From: Candidatus Latescibacterota bacterium
Lineage (GTDB): Bacteria > Latescibacterota > UBA2968
NCBI GenBank assembly: GCA_965204375.1
Contig: OZ241986.1
Span: 3,264,001-3,328,000 of the forward strand
Direction: 5' to 3'
DNA: 64,000 nucleotides
Shown: positions 51,837 through 62,105 of the stretch, piece by piece
Layout of the letters: every line of letters starts with the position of its first letter
Numbering within the stretch: position 1 is the stretch's first letter
Notes under the pieces: model-generated
What the model saw: the letters and a program-made list of their open reading frames with translations, nothing else
The model's database searches: none
What the model was told of the DNA's origin: nothing
Position numbers and translations under genes: made by a program

Positions 51837-51857
51837 TAAGTGAAAAAGCTCATTTAG

Positions 51858-52430
51858 CGGGCTAACGGGCAAGATCCAAGGGGGCTGACAATTGATTACA
51901 ATAGCAGTCTTCCATGCGGGAAGACACTCGTCAAGGTTGGACGAGATACTGTGGAAGTCCCCTGCTTCTACTTCTTTGCCTTGCTGCGCAACGACAGTTC
52001 CTCAATGGTAACTTCCATTCTGATGGATGGTGATTTTCTCAATTACGACTTCGATCTGCACAAGGATGCAAAGTACGCCAATCAAAGCGAGTACGGCCAT
52101 GGTCCGTATGGAGAAGGCTCTGTTCGGCACCGACGAATGTACACATATCCAAATCCACTGAATTACAAACTACATTTCTTTCATCTTCGCCACATACTTG
52201 TGATCAAACAGCATGATCTATCATATCTCTCTACACGCGCAGCAAAATGCACTGACTTCATTATCAGAGATGACAAGTACCAAAATTCCTTCCATTACGT
52301 CGTGATTGACAACCCTGCAAGCCAGCCACTTCCTCTTGACCAATTGCCAGTCCGTCGGGACATTTTTCGAGCGTGCAAGGCCCGCCGCCCAAGAGAACGT
52401 ACGGCAGCCATGCCTCAATTGCCAGAATAA
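51858..52430 (+). pseudogene. 5'-truncated putative restriction endonuclease
   Basis: The frame is open from 51858 with no good start (…DPRGLTIDYNSSLPCG…RHRRMYTYPNP) and ends 5 bp before a methyltransferase. Function is inferred from context. Confidence 0.5.
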
Positions 52431-52435
52431 TCCTC

Positions 52436-54610
52436 ATGCCCAAACTCATAGAGAAAGACTTTCCATTTGCAGAACTCTCGCTTATCGCTGAGCGAGAATC
52501 CTGGCGTAAGGAGGTCCATCGTCCTATCTACTATCTCCACAAGTGGTGGGCACGGCGGCTCGGCTCAGTTTTCCGAGGAATCGTATTAGGCGCGTGTTTA
52601 GAGGATTCTGAGGATTTCTGGGACCGTTTCTACAACATGAATAACTTTGATAGTACCGTCGTCTTCGATCCCTTCATGGGAAGTGGTGTTGCGGTTGGTG
52701 AGGCCGTCAAACTCGGCTGCAAAGCCGCAGGCCGAGATATAAATCCGGTCTCATACATCGCCTGTCGCGCTGCATTTTCCCAATATGCAGCCGCAGAAGT
52801 TCTCTCTACTTATCGACATTTAGAGCAGTCGCTCTCCTCAAAACTCCTCAGCTACTTCCAAACAAAAACAAATACGGGACAGGACGCGACCGTTTTATAC
52901 TATTTTCTTGTGAAAGTGGTCTCTTGTCCGAAATGTCAAAAAAAAATTGACCTTTTCAAAACACGGATTTTCTCCAAGAACGCCACTCCCCGCAAAGATC
53001 CTTCTGCACGCACGCTCTGTCCGGCATGTGATACTATCAACTTTACAGTTTACGACGCTGATTGTGTCCGCTGTTCAACATGTTCGCTTGAATATAATCC
53101 TCAAAGAGGAAATATCAAAGGCGCAGTAGTCCATTGTGATGGCTGCCAGCACACTTTCCGTCTGATTGACAAAATGAAAACTGTTGAAGGTCCTTTACCC
53201 TTTCGTCGCTATGCAAAGATGCTTCTGACAAAAGATGGAGAGAAACTCTATGAGCCGATGAACGAATTCGATAGAGAGCTTGAACGCCAGATATCAGAAG
53301 AGTGTGCTGCAATCTCGAACAATTTTCCGGTCGTAGCTATTGAGCCAGGCTACAACACAGACCAGATGTTAAATCACAACTATCGTCACTGGCACGAACT
53401 TTTCTCTGATAGGCAACTCGTCTGTATCGACCATCTTCTCAAGGCAATCAAAGGTATTGAAAATCCAGACTTGAAACGCCTGTTTGCCTGCCTCTTCTCT
53501 GGGACTTTAGAATTCAACAATTTGTTTACGTCTTTTAAGGGAGAAGGCACAGGAGCCGTACGACACATGTTTTCTCACCACGTCTTGAGGCCAGAAGTAA
53601 TGCCCCTTGAAGCAAATATTTGGGGAACCAGCAAATCTTCAGGAGCATTTTCGGGACTGTTTCGTTCGCGCATTGAGAAGGCACTCGCCTATAAATCCGA
53701 TCCGTCTGAATTACAGGTTAATTCATCAAAGAGCACAAAGGTTAGCGGTATCAATCATCCCGTCTCTGTACAGATAGCAGACACTTTCGCTCAGTTCGCT
53801 GCACAGCCAAACATGGTCTATCTCACCTCTGGCGATTCCAGTTCCCTGGATATTCCTGACAAAAGTGTTGATCTTGTCGTGACAGACCCTCCTTTTTTTG
53901 ACAATATTCACTATTCACAACTCGCCGACTTCTTCTATTATTGGCTCAATCAAGCACTAGAATTTTCCTCTAAAAAGACTACAAGGTGTGCAAGTGAGGT
54001 GCAGGACACTCATCCCGAACGTTTCACAAGCAAACTCACTTCGGTTTTTGCTGAGTGTAATCGCATCCTCCGCGACAAAGGCCTATTTGTTTTTACTTAT
54101 CACCATTCACGACACGAGGGTTGGACTTCTATTCATCGCGCAATCAGACAGGCTGGACTTATTTGTACACAAGTCTATCCGATAAAGGCCGAGATGTCGG
54201 TGTCAATGCCTTTACAACAGGCCGCATCACCGATTCACTTAGACCTCATTCTCGTATGTCGCAAAGCTCAAAACAAGACCGTAAACGGCCGGACAAATTA
54301 TTCACATCATCCTGCGATTGACAAAGCTAAGGAACAAGCATTGAATCTGAAATCAGCCGGTATTAAGATGTCCCTCGGTGATGCGAAAGTCATCCTTATG
54401 GGATGCTTTCTGTGCGAAGCCCATAAAATGGGGAATATCGAACAAGAGGAGAAGCTTTTTACGGAACTGGAACAACGTCTTGATGATTACGTCAATCAAG
54501 TGATGTCTGCAAAAGGTAAAGTACGTTATAAAGTCAAAGAGCAGGAACAACTCCTGCTCTTTGAGGAAATAGAGAAATACCTGACTAACAAAGAGGGGAG
54601 TCAGGTTTAG
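52436..54610 (+). CDS. amino (N6A/N4C) DNA methyltransferase with Zn-ribbon insertion (DUF1156-like)
   Basis: HKWWARRLGSVFR, DPFMGSG, four CxxC pairs and TDPPFFDN. Confidence 0.9.
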   Translation: MPKLIEKDFPFAELSLIAERESWRKEVHRPIYYLHKWWARRLGSVFRGIVLGACLEDSEDFWDRFYNMNNFDSTVVFDPFMGSGVAVGEAVKLGCKAAGRDINPVSYIACRAAFSQYAAAEVLSTYRHLEQSLSSKLLSYFQTKTNTGQDATVLYYFLVKVVSCPKCQKKIDLFKTRIFSKNATPRKDPSARTLCPACDTINFTVYDADCVRCSTCSLEYNPQRGNIKGAVVHCDGCQHTFRLIDKMKTVEGPLPFRRYAKMLLTKDGEKLYEPMNEFDRELERQISEECAAISNNFPVVAIEPGYNTDQMLNHNYRHWHELFSDRQLVCIDHLLKAIKGIENPDLKRLFACLFSGTLEFNNLFTSFKGEGTGAVRHMFSHHVLRPEVMPLEANIWGTSKSSGAFSGLFRSRIEKALAYKSDPSELQVNSSKSTKVSGINHPVSVQIADTFAQFAAQPNMVYLTSGDSSSLDIPDKSVDLVVTDPPFFDNIHYSQLADFFYYWLNQALEFSSKKTTRCASEVQDTHPERFTSKLTSVFAECNRILRDKGLFVFTYHHSRHEGWTSIHRAIRQAGLICTQVYPIKAEMSVSMPLQQAASPIHLDLILVCRKAQNKTVNGRTNYSHHPAIDKAKEQALNLKSAGIKMSLGDAKVILMGCFLCEAHKMGNIEQEEKLFTELEQRLDDYVNQVMSAKGKVRYKVKEQEQLLLFEEIEKYLTNKEGSQV

Positions 54611-54709
54611 ACTGCCCCCTCTGGATTGCGGCTCAAAACCATGCCGCAATGACGATTGCAATCCTATATGGTCGCTCAATAACAGATAATCTAACCATTG
54701 TTTATTAAC

Positions 54710-56833
54710 TCAACGACGATCTTCTGCAGCCAGCGGAGGCCCAACAATGCCTGAGCTAAGCGGCTCTGTCACCTTCACAGGTATCGCCGTATTCAGTATT
54801 TCGACATAAGCATCGTAGAAATTCTGAATATTTTTCACATAGTGTACGGGCTGACCGCCTCGGCAGAAACCGTATCGCGCCCGCTCGTAATAATCCGGTT
54901 GGGACAGCAAGCGCATCGCCTTTTCCACATTGCCAAACCAGCGGTCGGGATCCCATCCCATTTCCCGCGCCAGGCGGCGGGCGTCGAGCACATGGCCGTA
55001 TCCCGCATTATAAGAAGCCAGCGCGAAGCGAATCCGCACTTCCATCGGCAGATTGTGATCGAACCTGTTGATAAGCTGATGCATGTACTTGACCCCTGCG
55101 TGAATGCTCTCCTGGGGGTCATGAAGATCGGTAAATCCCAACTGCTCTCCCGTGCTCGGCATCACCTGCATCAGCCCCTGCGCGCCGACCCAGCTAACGG
55201 CCTCTGGATCGAATCTGGATTCCTGGTACATCTGTGCGGTAATCAGACGCCAGTCCTGCCCGTATTGAGAGGCGTATTTTTTTGCCAGATCATCATAAGG
55301 CGACAACTGACCGCTCAAACCGACACGCATTGAATCTTTGGCTCTGGCGACAGCGCGCGTACTCTTAAAATACCTCTTTTTCATCATATTAAAAAACAAG
55401 CCGCCTTTTTCTTCTTTTATATATTCGTTCAATGCCGCCAGCAACTCTGAATTGCCCTTGCGAACCGCCCAGCCCAGTGCCGTGGGCTTGATACTCAAAG
55501 CGGCTTTGAGACGGCGACCATACGCGCGTTCTATATCGAGCAAATGGGAATCGCACATCGTGAGGTCATAAATACCCTCTTCAACTCCGGCTAAGATATC
55601 TTCGGTTTCTACATTGTCGGGCACTATCGCAATCTCAAGACCTTTGATGGAATCCTGCAACGCCATCAGCGTCGTATAAAACGAAGAACTGGCACGCACG
55701 TGTATCGTCCGCCCAGCCAGATCCTGAAAGCTGGCAATCGAATCGTCATCCGCATGCACCACCACCAGTTCACTCACTTCATTATAGGGTAGCGTAAATG
55801 CCGTCTGCTCTTGCCGTTCATCAGTGATCGTCATTGCCGAAGCCACGACATCGCCCTTGCCTTCATTTAAATACGGCAACAGTTCGGCGTGACTATTCGG
55901 AATGACAATCTCGAGATTCAGGTCGTGCTGCGAGGCAAATCGCTTCATAAGCTCGTATTCGAATCCTATCTGCTGTCCCCGATAGATAAAATAAGTCATC
56001 GCATTATTGCGCGTAATCATGCGCAACCGGCGGCGTTCTTTCAGACCGGGTAGATCATCGGTAAACGTTTGCTGGCGATGGCGCGTAAATTGATGCGCCA
56101 GCAAATACTCATCCACCACGACCTTGAGCTTTGTATCGTTTGGTCGCATCATCAGGGCGAGCGGACGCTTTTCGGCCACAACGAGCGGTGCGACGAGATT
56201 ATCGTGATAATTGGCAATGGCATGCCATAAATGCGCGTCGCACAAGGTCGCTTTGAATCTGCCCTGAGCAATGCCTTTAATCAGACCCTCAGTACCGATC
56301 GTATCTGACACAGTGTGGATGCGTAAAGACGGCACCTCCTTCTGAACATTGATCAAGGTCTGATAATACGAACTGGACTGTCGCACGCTGACCTCCATAC
56401 CAGCAAGATCAGCTACTGTCTCGGGCAGGCTATCTGCCCGCGCTGTAATCAAATATTCATCAACGTATAAATACGGAACTGAAAACGCTGCTATCTTTTC
56501 TCGATCCGGTGTAATCGTCAAGCTGGAAGCGATAATATCGCCCTCGCCTTCGAGTAGTTTCTCCAACATCTGAACATAATTATCGGACTTTACAAGCTCC
56601 AACTTCAGATTGAGTGCATCCGCCAGACTATGGGCGATATCGTAGTCCAGGGTCACCGGCTCCGCCTGCCGGGGAATATAGGTAATCGGCTCTTCACTAA
56701 CGATCACCCGCAATACGCCGCGATCCTGCAATTGCGGAAGATCGCCGGTGTATTTTGGTAAGGGTTGTTTCTCGCTGCACTGTACAAAAGCACATAAGAA
56801 CATCAGTGCTGGGGGAATCATACGATGCAACAT
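54710..56833 (-). CDS. mltF: MltF-like lytic transglycosylase with two substrate-binding domains
   Basis: Tandem SBP_bac_3-like repeats (DLPQLQDRGVLRV / DLPGLKERRRLRM), YQESRF, GAQGLMQV, ASYNAGYGHV and YGFCRG. Confidence 0.88.
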   Translation of the reverse strand: MLHRMIPPALMFLCAFVQCSEKQPLPKYTGDLPQLQDRGVLRVIVSEEPITYIPRQAEPVTLDYDIAHSLADALNLKLELVKSDNYVQMLEKLLEGEGDIIASSLTITPDREKIAAFSVPYLYVDEYLITARADSLPETVADLAGMEVSVRQSSSYYQTLINVQKEVPSLRIHTVSDTIGTEGLIKGIAQGRFKATLCDAHLWHAIANYHDNLVAPLVVAEKRPLALMMRPNDTKLKVVVDEYLLAHQFTRHRQQTFTDDLPGLKERRRLRMITRNNAMTYFIYRGQQIGFEYELMKRFASQHDLNLEIVIPNSHAELLPYLNEGKGDVVASAMTITDERQEQTAFTLPYNEVSELVVVHADDDSIASFQDLAGRTIHVRASSSFYTTLMALQDSIKGLEIAIVPDNVETEDILAGVEEGIYDLTMCDSHLLDIERAYGRRLKAALSIKPTALGWAVRKGNSELLAALNEYIKEEKGGLFFNMMKKRYFKSTRAVARAKDSMRVGLSGQLSPYDDLAKKYASQYGQDWRLITAQMYQESRFDPEAVSWVGAQGLMQVMPSTGEQLGFTDLHDPQESIHAGVKYMHQLINRFDHNLPMEVRIRFALASYNAGYGHVLDARRLAREMGWDPDRWFGNVEKAMRLLSQPDYYERARYGFCRGGQPVHYVKNIQNFYDAYVEILNTAIPVKVTEPLSSGIVGPPLAAEDRR

Positions 56834-56978
56834 AAGGTGTATCTCCTTTCAATATATAGCCTCATCGCCGGGTCAATGGGCTAAATACTTCGCGGTATTT
56901 CCTCCCAAAGAAGAAGGGATTGCGATATAATCGCACCCCTTTTTTATGAACGAAATACAGATGATAGTTTGAGGCGAT

Positions 56979-57344
56979 TTATGTTTCCCGTCTCCCCGGC
57001 GGGTCGGACACAAAACTTTCAATCGCCGCGTCAACCGATTCCAACGTGCGAAAATGTGACGACAACTTTCCGACCATCATCAAACTCTCCATCCGGTTTG
57101 CAATGCCAGCCAACCTGAGATCGCCTCCTGCATTTCTCAACATCTCCAGGCTGACCGCCAATACGCCCAACATCGTGCTACCAAACCACTTCACTCTGGA
57201 AAAATCAACCACGACATTGGTAATGCCATCGGCCATGACCTCTTCGACATAGTGCTGAAAAGGAACGACCGTAGGACCACTCATAAGGGTACCCGATACA
57301 GTTATAATCGCAACCTGGTCGCGAATGTCAACTTTGACTCTCAT
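56979..57344 (-). CDS. STAS-domain anti-sigma factor antagonist
   Basis: VVVDFSRVKWFGSTMLG...GGDLRL. Confidence 0.88.
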   Translation of the reverse strand: MRVKVDIRDQVAIITVSGTLMSGPTVVPFQHYVEEVMADGITNVVVDFSRVKWFGSTMLGVLAVSLEMLRNAGGDLRLAGIANRMESLMMVGKLSSHFRTLESVDAAIESFVSDPPGRRET

Positions 57345-57356
57345 GTAAAAAAATCG

Positions 57357-57707
57357 CTATGCATCCTGATCCGCAAAACTCTCCACAGCCCGATCTACTG
57401 TATCCAGGGTCGTAAAAATATTTGCCAACTGCGTAACCATCAAAATACTTTCAATCTTCCTGGTAACACCCGTCAATCTCAAATCACCGCCTTCACCGCG
57501 CAGCGTCGTCAAACTCGCCGTTAGCACGCCTAACATAGCACTGCCAAACCATCTCACCCTGGAAAAATCAACCACTACCTTTTTTACCCCCTCATTTGCA
57601 AGTTTTTTAATATGATCTTGGAAAGGGGCAACCTCGGGGCCGCTCATCAATTCACCCGACAGGGTTAAGACAGCGACATCGCCTCGAATCTTTTCCGAAA
57701 TTCTCAT
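57357..57707 (-). CDS. STAS-domain anti-sigma factor antagonist (paralogue)
   Basis: GGAGG SD before ATG 57707; VVVDFSRVRWFGSAMLG...GGDLRL. Confidence 0.9.
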   Translation of the reverse strand: MRISEKIRGDVAVLTLSGELMSGPEVAPFQDHIKKLANEGVKKVVVDFSRVRWFGSAMLGVLTASLTTLRGEGGDLRLTGVTRKIESILMVTQLANIFTTLDTVDRAVESFADQDA

Positions 57708-57889
57708 ACCAACCTCCAAAACCAGAACTTATTGAATATCAGGCAGGGCACTGAAAATAAGACTGAACGAGAAAAAAATCAAGCTTATCAGTTGATATTA
57801 TGCAGCGACTCTATATCTTGTGATTTATTTAAAATGAGATATACAAGATATGGTGGTAAAATGAAGCTTTTTTCATAAACTGCGTAACA

Positions 57890-57910
57890 TCAGTTATCAG
57901 TTATCAACTG
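57890..57910. repeat. heptamer repeat (CAGTTAT)n
   Basis: tcagttatcagttatcaactg at the cinA stop. Confidence 0.55.
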
Positions 57911-58383
57911 TTTTCTCCCGCCTCAATCACCATTTGCAGGGCAGCATCTGCTATCGCATTGCGAATCGCATCGCGATCCCCATCAAACTGAAAGATCTCA
58001 CACACCACGCCTTCTGCACCGGCAACTGCGATATACGCCGTACCGATGGGCTTGGGCGACCGCCCGCGAATGGGACCAGCGATCCCGGTCTCGGCCAGGC
58101 CCAAATCTGCACCACTCACTTTTCGCACGCCCTTGGCCATCTCGCACGCTGCTTCCGCGCTCACTGCACCATACGTATCCATCACCTTTTCATCTATCCC
58201 CAGCATCTCGCATTTAGACAACGCGCTATACGCAATAACCCCGCGCTCATAATAAGCCGAACTACCCGGAACCGAAACAATGCGAGCGCTGATCAGTCCC
58301 CCTGTTGTGGTTTCTGCAACTGCAATAGTCCAGTCTCGTTCTCGAAGCAATTTGCCGAGCTTTACTTCCAACTGTTCAGACAT
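57904..58383 (-). CDS. CinA C-terminal domain protein (PncC NMN deamidase-like)
   Basis: AVAETTTGG (canonically AESCTGG), PGSS, YGAVS and TGIAGP. Confidence 0.88.
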   Translation of the reverse strand: MSEQLEVKLGKLLRERDWTIAVAETTTGGLISARIVSVPGSSAYYERGVIAYSALSKCEMLGIDEKVMDTYGAVSAEAACEMAKGVRKVSGADLGLAETGIAGPIRGRSPKPIGTAYIAVAGAEGVVCEIFQFDGDRDAIRNAIADAALQMVIEAGENS

Positions 58384-58386
58384 GTT

Positions 58387-59385
58387 TCACCGCTGATCAA
58401 TAACCACAGGGGAACCCGATTTTGAAGACGCATAAGCTGCGCAAAAGAGCTCAACAGATTTTCGTCCCTCTTCACCCGACACCACAGGAGCCGTGCCTTT
58501 GGTGATAGCAGAAACCATATCCTCTGCAATATTGGCAGGCGCATCGGGCACTTCAAAACGGCTCAAATCTACCAATTCCTCATCCTTTGTCATCACTTCT
58601 ATACCGCCGCGTTGATCCCACCGCACAGTGCCTTCCGTGCCGCTGATCTCCACTTGTGTCCCCAAATTTGGATAACTCGATGTCGTGGTCGTAATAAGCC
58701 CCCACGCACCGCTTTGAAATGTCAACTGTGCAATTGTAATATCTTCCGTTTCAATATCGTGTGTCATGGTTGCACTGCGCCCATAAACTTCCTTTACTGG
58801 GCCGAGCAACCAGCAGATGAGATCGACAAAATGCACACCCTGATTGGCTATCGAGCCGCCCTCTGTCTCTTTGCGGCTGCGCCACCCCATGGGAAAGCCC
58901 CCATTGTAATAGCTCTGCTCGCGCCACCACTTCATCTTCACATCACCCAAAAAAACCTGTCCAATGATCCCCTGATCAATAGCGGCCTTCAATTGCTGGT
59001 TTGCCTTAGAATAGCGATTCCCAAAATCCACTGCCAGAACCTTCCCCGCATCTTTTGCCGCCTGAATCGCCGCATCGCACTTTTCCACGAGAATATCCAT
59101 TGGCTTGGTGACAAATGCGTGTTTGCCTGCTTCTATCGCTTCAATGGCGTAATCGCAATGCGTACCACTGGACGTATAGATACCGATCGCATCGATATCA
59201 TCGCGCGCAAACATCGCCTTGTAATTCGTCGTCCAGTCGCATCCGTACTCTTCGGCCTCTTCCACAGCCTTGTCTTCCTGTAAATCGCACACGCAAACCA
59301 ATGCACTGCCCTCTGCTGCTGCCACCTGTTTCGCTGCTCCGCGACCGCGTCCCAATCCCATAATACCAAATCTAACGCTCGACAT
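58387..59385 (-). CDS. Gfo/Idh/MocA-family oxidoreductase
   Basis: Start MSSVRFGIMGLG at 59385; AGKHAFVTKP and GGSIANQGVHFVD. Confidence 0.9.
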   Translation of the reverse strand: MSSVRFGIMGLGRGRGAAKQVAAAEGSALVCVCDLQEDKAVEEAEEYGCDWTTNYKAMFARDDIDAIGIYTSSGTHCDYAIEAIEAGKHAFVTKPMDILVEKCDAAIQAAKDAGKVLAVDFGNRYSKANQQLKAAIDQGIIGQVFLGDVKMKWWREQSYYNGGFPMGWRSRKETEGGSIANQGVHFVDLICWLLGPVKEVYGRSATMTHDIETEDITIAQLTFQSGAWGLITTTTSSYPNLGTQVEISGTEGTVRWDQRGGIEVMTKDEELVDLSRFEVPDAPANIAEDMVSAITKGTAPVVSGEEGRKSVELFCAAYASSKSGSPVVIDQR

Positions 59386-62092
59386 TTGAATCTCCCTCTG
59401 AAAGTACCGCGAGATTTTCTCGCAACTTCGACAGTGTATCCCGATACTCGCGCTCGCGCTCGCGCTCTTTTGCCACGACCTCTGTGGGGGCATTATTCAA
59501 AAAACCCGCATTGCTCAACTTCTTCTCCAATCCCCCCAGCGCCTTTTCCAATCCCCCAATCTCCTTCTCCAATCTCTGACGTTCCACAGTGAGATCAATC
59601 ACGCCGGCCAGAGGCACAAAAATTTCCACATCGCCAACCACAGCACTCGCAGACGCTGCCGGGCGTTCCACAGCCTCACCCAGGGTCAAATTTTCAATGC
59701 GCCCCAACGCCTTCATATAGCCCTGAACAGACGTCAAAATCGCACGTGCCTCCTCTGAACTCGTCTTACACACCACATCCACGCGCTTGCCCGGCGGAAT
59801 ACGCATTGTACCTCGAATATGGCGCACAGCACCCACCACATCCCGCATCAAAACCATTTCTCGCTCGGCCGCTTTATCAAATTGCGTTTTGTCGCATTTG
59901 GGCCAGGGCGCAGCAATAAGTGCCTCGCCTTCGCGTGGAAATGTTTGCCACAACGCCTCTGAAATAAAAGGCGCAACGGGATGCAACAGGCGCAGCGTGC
60001 CTTCAAACACGACACACAAAACCGACTGCGCGGTTTGACGGGCGCTTTGATCATCGCCATACAGGCGCACTTTCGCCATCTCCACATACCAATCGCAATA
60101 CGCGCTCCACACAAAATCGTACAACGCGCGCGCCGCTTCGTCAAAGCGATACGCCTCCAAAGCCTCTGTAACCTGCAACACCGTGCGATTGTACAAACTC
60201 AAAATCCACCGATCAGAAAGATCCGTAACCGGCTCGGGGACCGTTTGCAACGCCACATCGCGTATGTCGCGATCGTCCAGATTCATTTGTACAAACCGCG
60301 CGGCATTCCAGATCTTGTTGCAAAAATTACGACACATTTCTGCAATAGGCGAATCTTGCAACTTATTATCCTTCACATCGGCATCGAACCGAATATCCTG
60401 TGAACTGCCGCATTGATACAAAAGCGACAGGCGCGTGGCATCTGCGCCATAGCGGTCAATCAATTCGCGCGGATCAATTCCCGTACCCAGCGACTTGCTC
60501 ATGCGCTTGCCATCGCGCGTTTGCACCGTGGGATGAACCAGCACCGTCCGAAACGGAATCTCGCCCACAAATTCAACAGCCGTCATAATCATCCGAATCA
60601 CCCACAGATACAAAATATCCCGTCCCGTAATCATCAAATCCGTCGGATGAAATAGCTTCAAATCCTCCGTATCTTCGGGCCAACCCAGCGTTGCAAAAGG
60701 CCACAGCGCCGAGGAAAACCACGTATCGAGCACATCTGGGTCTTGCGTCAACTGCTGACTGCCACACGCTGTACACACCTCGGGTGGCTCTGCATTCACA
60801 ATCACCTCACCGCAATTTTCACACGTCCACACCGGAATGCGGTGCCCCCACCACAGTTGCCTCGAAATACACCAGTCGCGGATATTCTCCAGCCATTCAA
60901 TCGAATATTCTCGAAACCGATCCGGCACATAATCGATCTTTTTTTCTCGCATCAGGGGCAAAATTAAATCGGCCAAATCGCGCATCGCCACAAACCACTG
61001 CTCCATAGGCATCGGTTCAATCACCGTGCCACAACGGTCGTGATGGGGCACCGCGTGGGTATAATCCTCAATTTTTTCCATCAACCCTATCTTGTCGAGT
61101 GCCTCAACCACCGCCTTGCGACACGCATACCGGTCCTGCCCAACATAAGCACCCGCATCCTCTGTCATTTCGCCATTCAGACCAATAACCGCGATTTCGG
61201 GCAAATCGTGACGCTGCCCTATCTCGTAATCATTGGGATCGTGTCCCGGCGTCACCTTCACCGCACCACTCCCCATTTCCGGATCGGCATAGTCATCTGC
61301 CACAATGGGAATGGGGCGGTCCATAAGCGGCAACATCACCATTTTACCCACGGCATCGCGCCATCGCGCATCAGATGGATGTACCGCCACCCCGGTATCA
61401 CCCAGCATGGTTTCCGGGCGCGTTGTCGCCACAACCACATCGGGCGCGTCATCTATCCCTTTGTACCGAATATGCCACAGGTGGCTATGGACCTCTCTTT
61501 CTTCCACCTCGAGATCGGAAATCACAGTGCCGCACTGCGGACACCAGTTCACCATGCGTTTGCCCCGATAAATCCAGCCCTTCTCGTAAAAACGCACAAA
61601 TGTTTCCAACACCGCCCGCACGTACTCATCATCCATTGTAAATCGCTCGCGCGACCAGTCATAACTACAGCCCAACTCGCGCAATTGTCGCAAAATTGTG
61701 CTGCCGTATTTTTCCCGCCAGGCCCATATCCGTTTCAACAAATCTCTGCGCCCAATTTCGCGGCGCGTCTTTTTTTCGTTCTCCCAGATCTCTTGCTCCA
61801 CCTTCATCTGCGTGCCAATACCCGCGTGATCTGTACCGGGCAAACACAGCGTGCGAAATCCCCGCATCCGCTTATACCGAATCATCGCGTCGTGAATCGC
61901 GTGCTGTAGCGCGTGTCCCATGTGCAACTCCCCCGTCACATTGGGCGGAGGAATCGTCACCGTATAGGCAGGACCTGTCGCGCGAAACTCCGGGCGAAAA
62001 TATCCCTTCCTGTGCCAAAAATCATACCACGTCTTTTCGATATCTTTTGGATCGTAGGCACGCTCCAAAGCTTTATTCTTCATCGTCTCCAT
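59372..62092 (-). CDS. valS: valine--tRNA ligase
   Basis: PPPNVTGELHMGH, TTRPETMLGD, DWCISRQLWWGH, RMSKS and a C-terminal coiled coil. AAGGAG SD before 62092. Confidence 0.98.
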   Translation of the reverse strand: METMKNKALERAYDPKDIEKTWYDFWHRKGYFRPEFRATGPAYTVTIPPPNVTGELHMGHALQHAIHDAMIRYKRMRGFRTLCLPGTDHAGIGTQMKVEQEIWENEKKTRREIGRRDLLKRIWAWREKYGSTILRQLRELGCSYDWSRERFTMDDEYVRAVLETFVRFYEKGWIYRGKRMVNWCPQCGTVISDLEVEEREVHSHLWHIRYKGIDDAPDVVVATTRPETMLGDTGVAVHPSDARWRDAVGKMVMLPLMDRPIPIVADDYADPEMGSGAVKVTPGHDPNDYEIGQRHDLPEIAVIGLNGEMTEDAGAYVGQDRYACRKAVVEALDKIGLMEKIEDYTHAVPHHDRCGTVIEPMPMEQWFVAMRDLADLILPLMREKKIDYVPDRFREYSIEWLENIRDWCISRQLWWGHRIPVWTCENCGEVIVNAEPPEVCTACGSQQLTQDPDVLDTWFSSALWPFATLGWPEDTEDLKLFHPTDLMITGRDILYLWVIRMIMTAVEFVGEIPFRTVLVHPTVQTRDGKRMSKSLGTGIDPRELIDRYGADATRLSLLYQCGSSQDIRFDADVKDNKLQDSPIAEMCRNFCNKIWNAARFVQMNLDDRDIRDVALQTVPEPVTDLSDRWILSLYNRTVLQVTEALEAYRFDEAARALYDFVWSAYCDWYVEMAKVRLYGDDQSARQTAQSVLCVVFEGTLRLLHPVAPFISEALWQTFPREGEALIAAPWPKCDKTQFDKAAEREMVLMRDVVGAVRHIRGTMRIPPGKRVDVVCKTSSEEARAILTSVQGYMKALGRIENLTLGEAVERPAASASAVVGDVEIFVPLAGVIDLTVERQRLEKEIGGLEKALGGLEKKLSNAGFLNNAPTEVVAKEREREREYRDTLSKLRENLAVLSEGDSNVER

Positions 62093-62105
62093 TACTCCTT
62101 CTTTC

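Noticed and set aside
49107-54700. Integron attC sites (gtctaac about 49156, atctaat about 51831, gactaac about 54583, atctaac about 54688)
   Set aside because: Only isolated R''-like heptamers; no paired L boxes or GTTRRRY partner and no intI. IntegronFinder would settle it.
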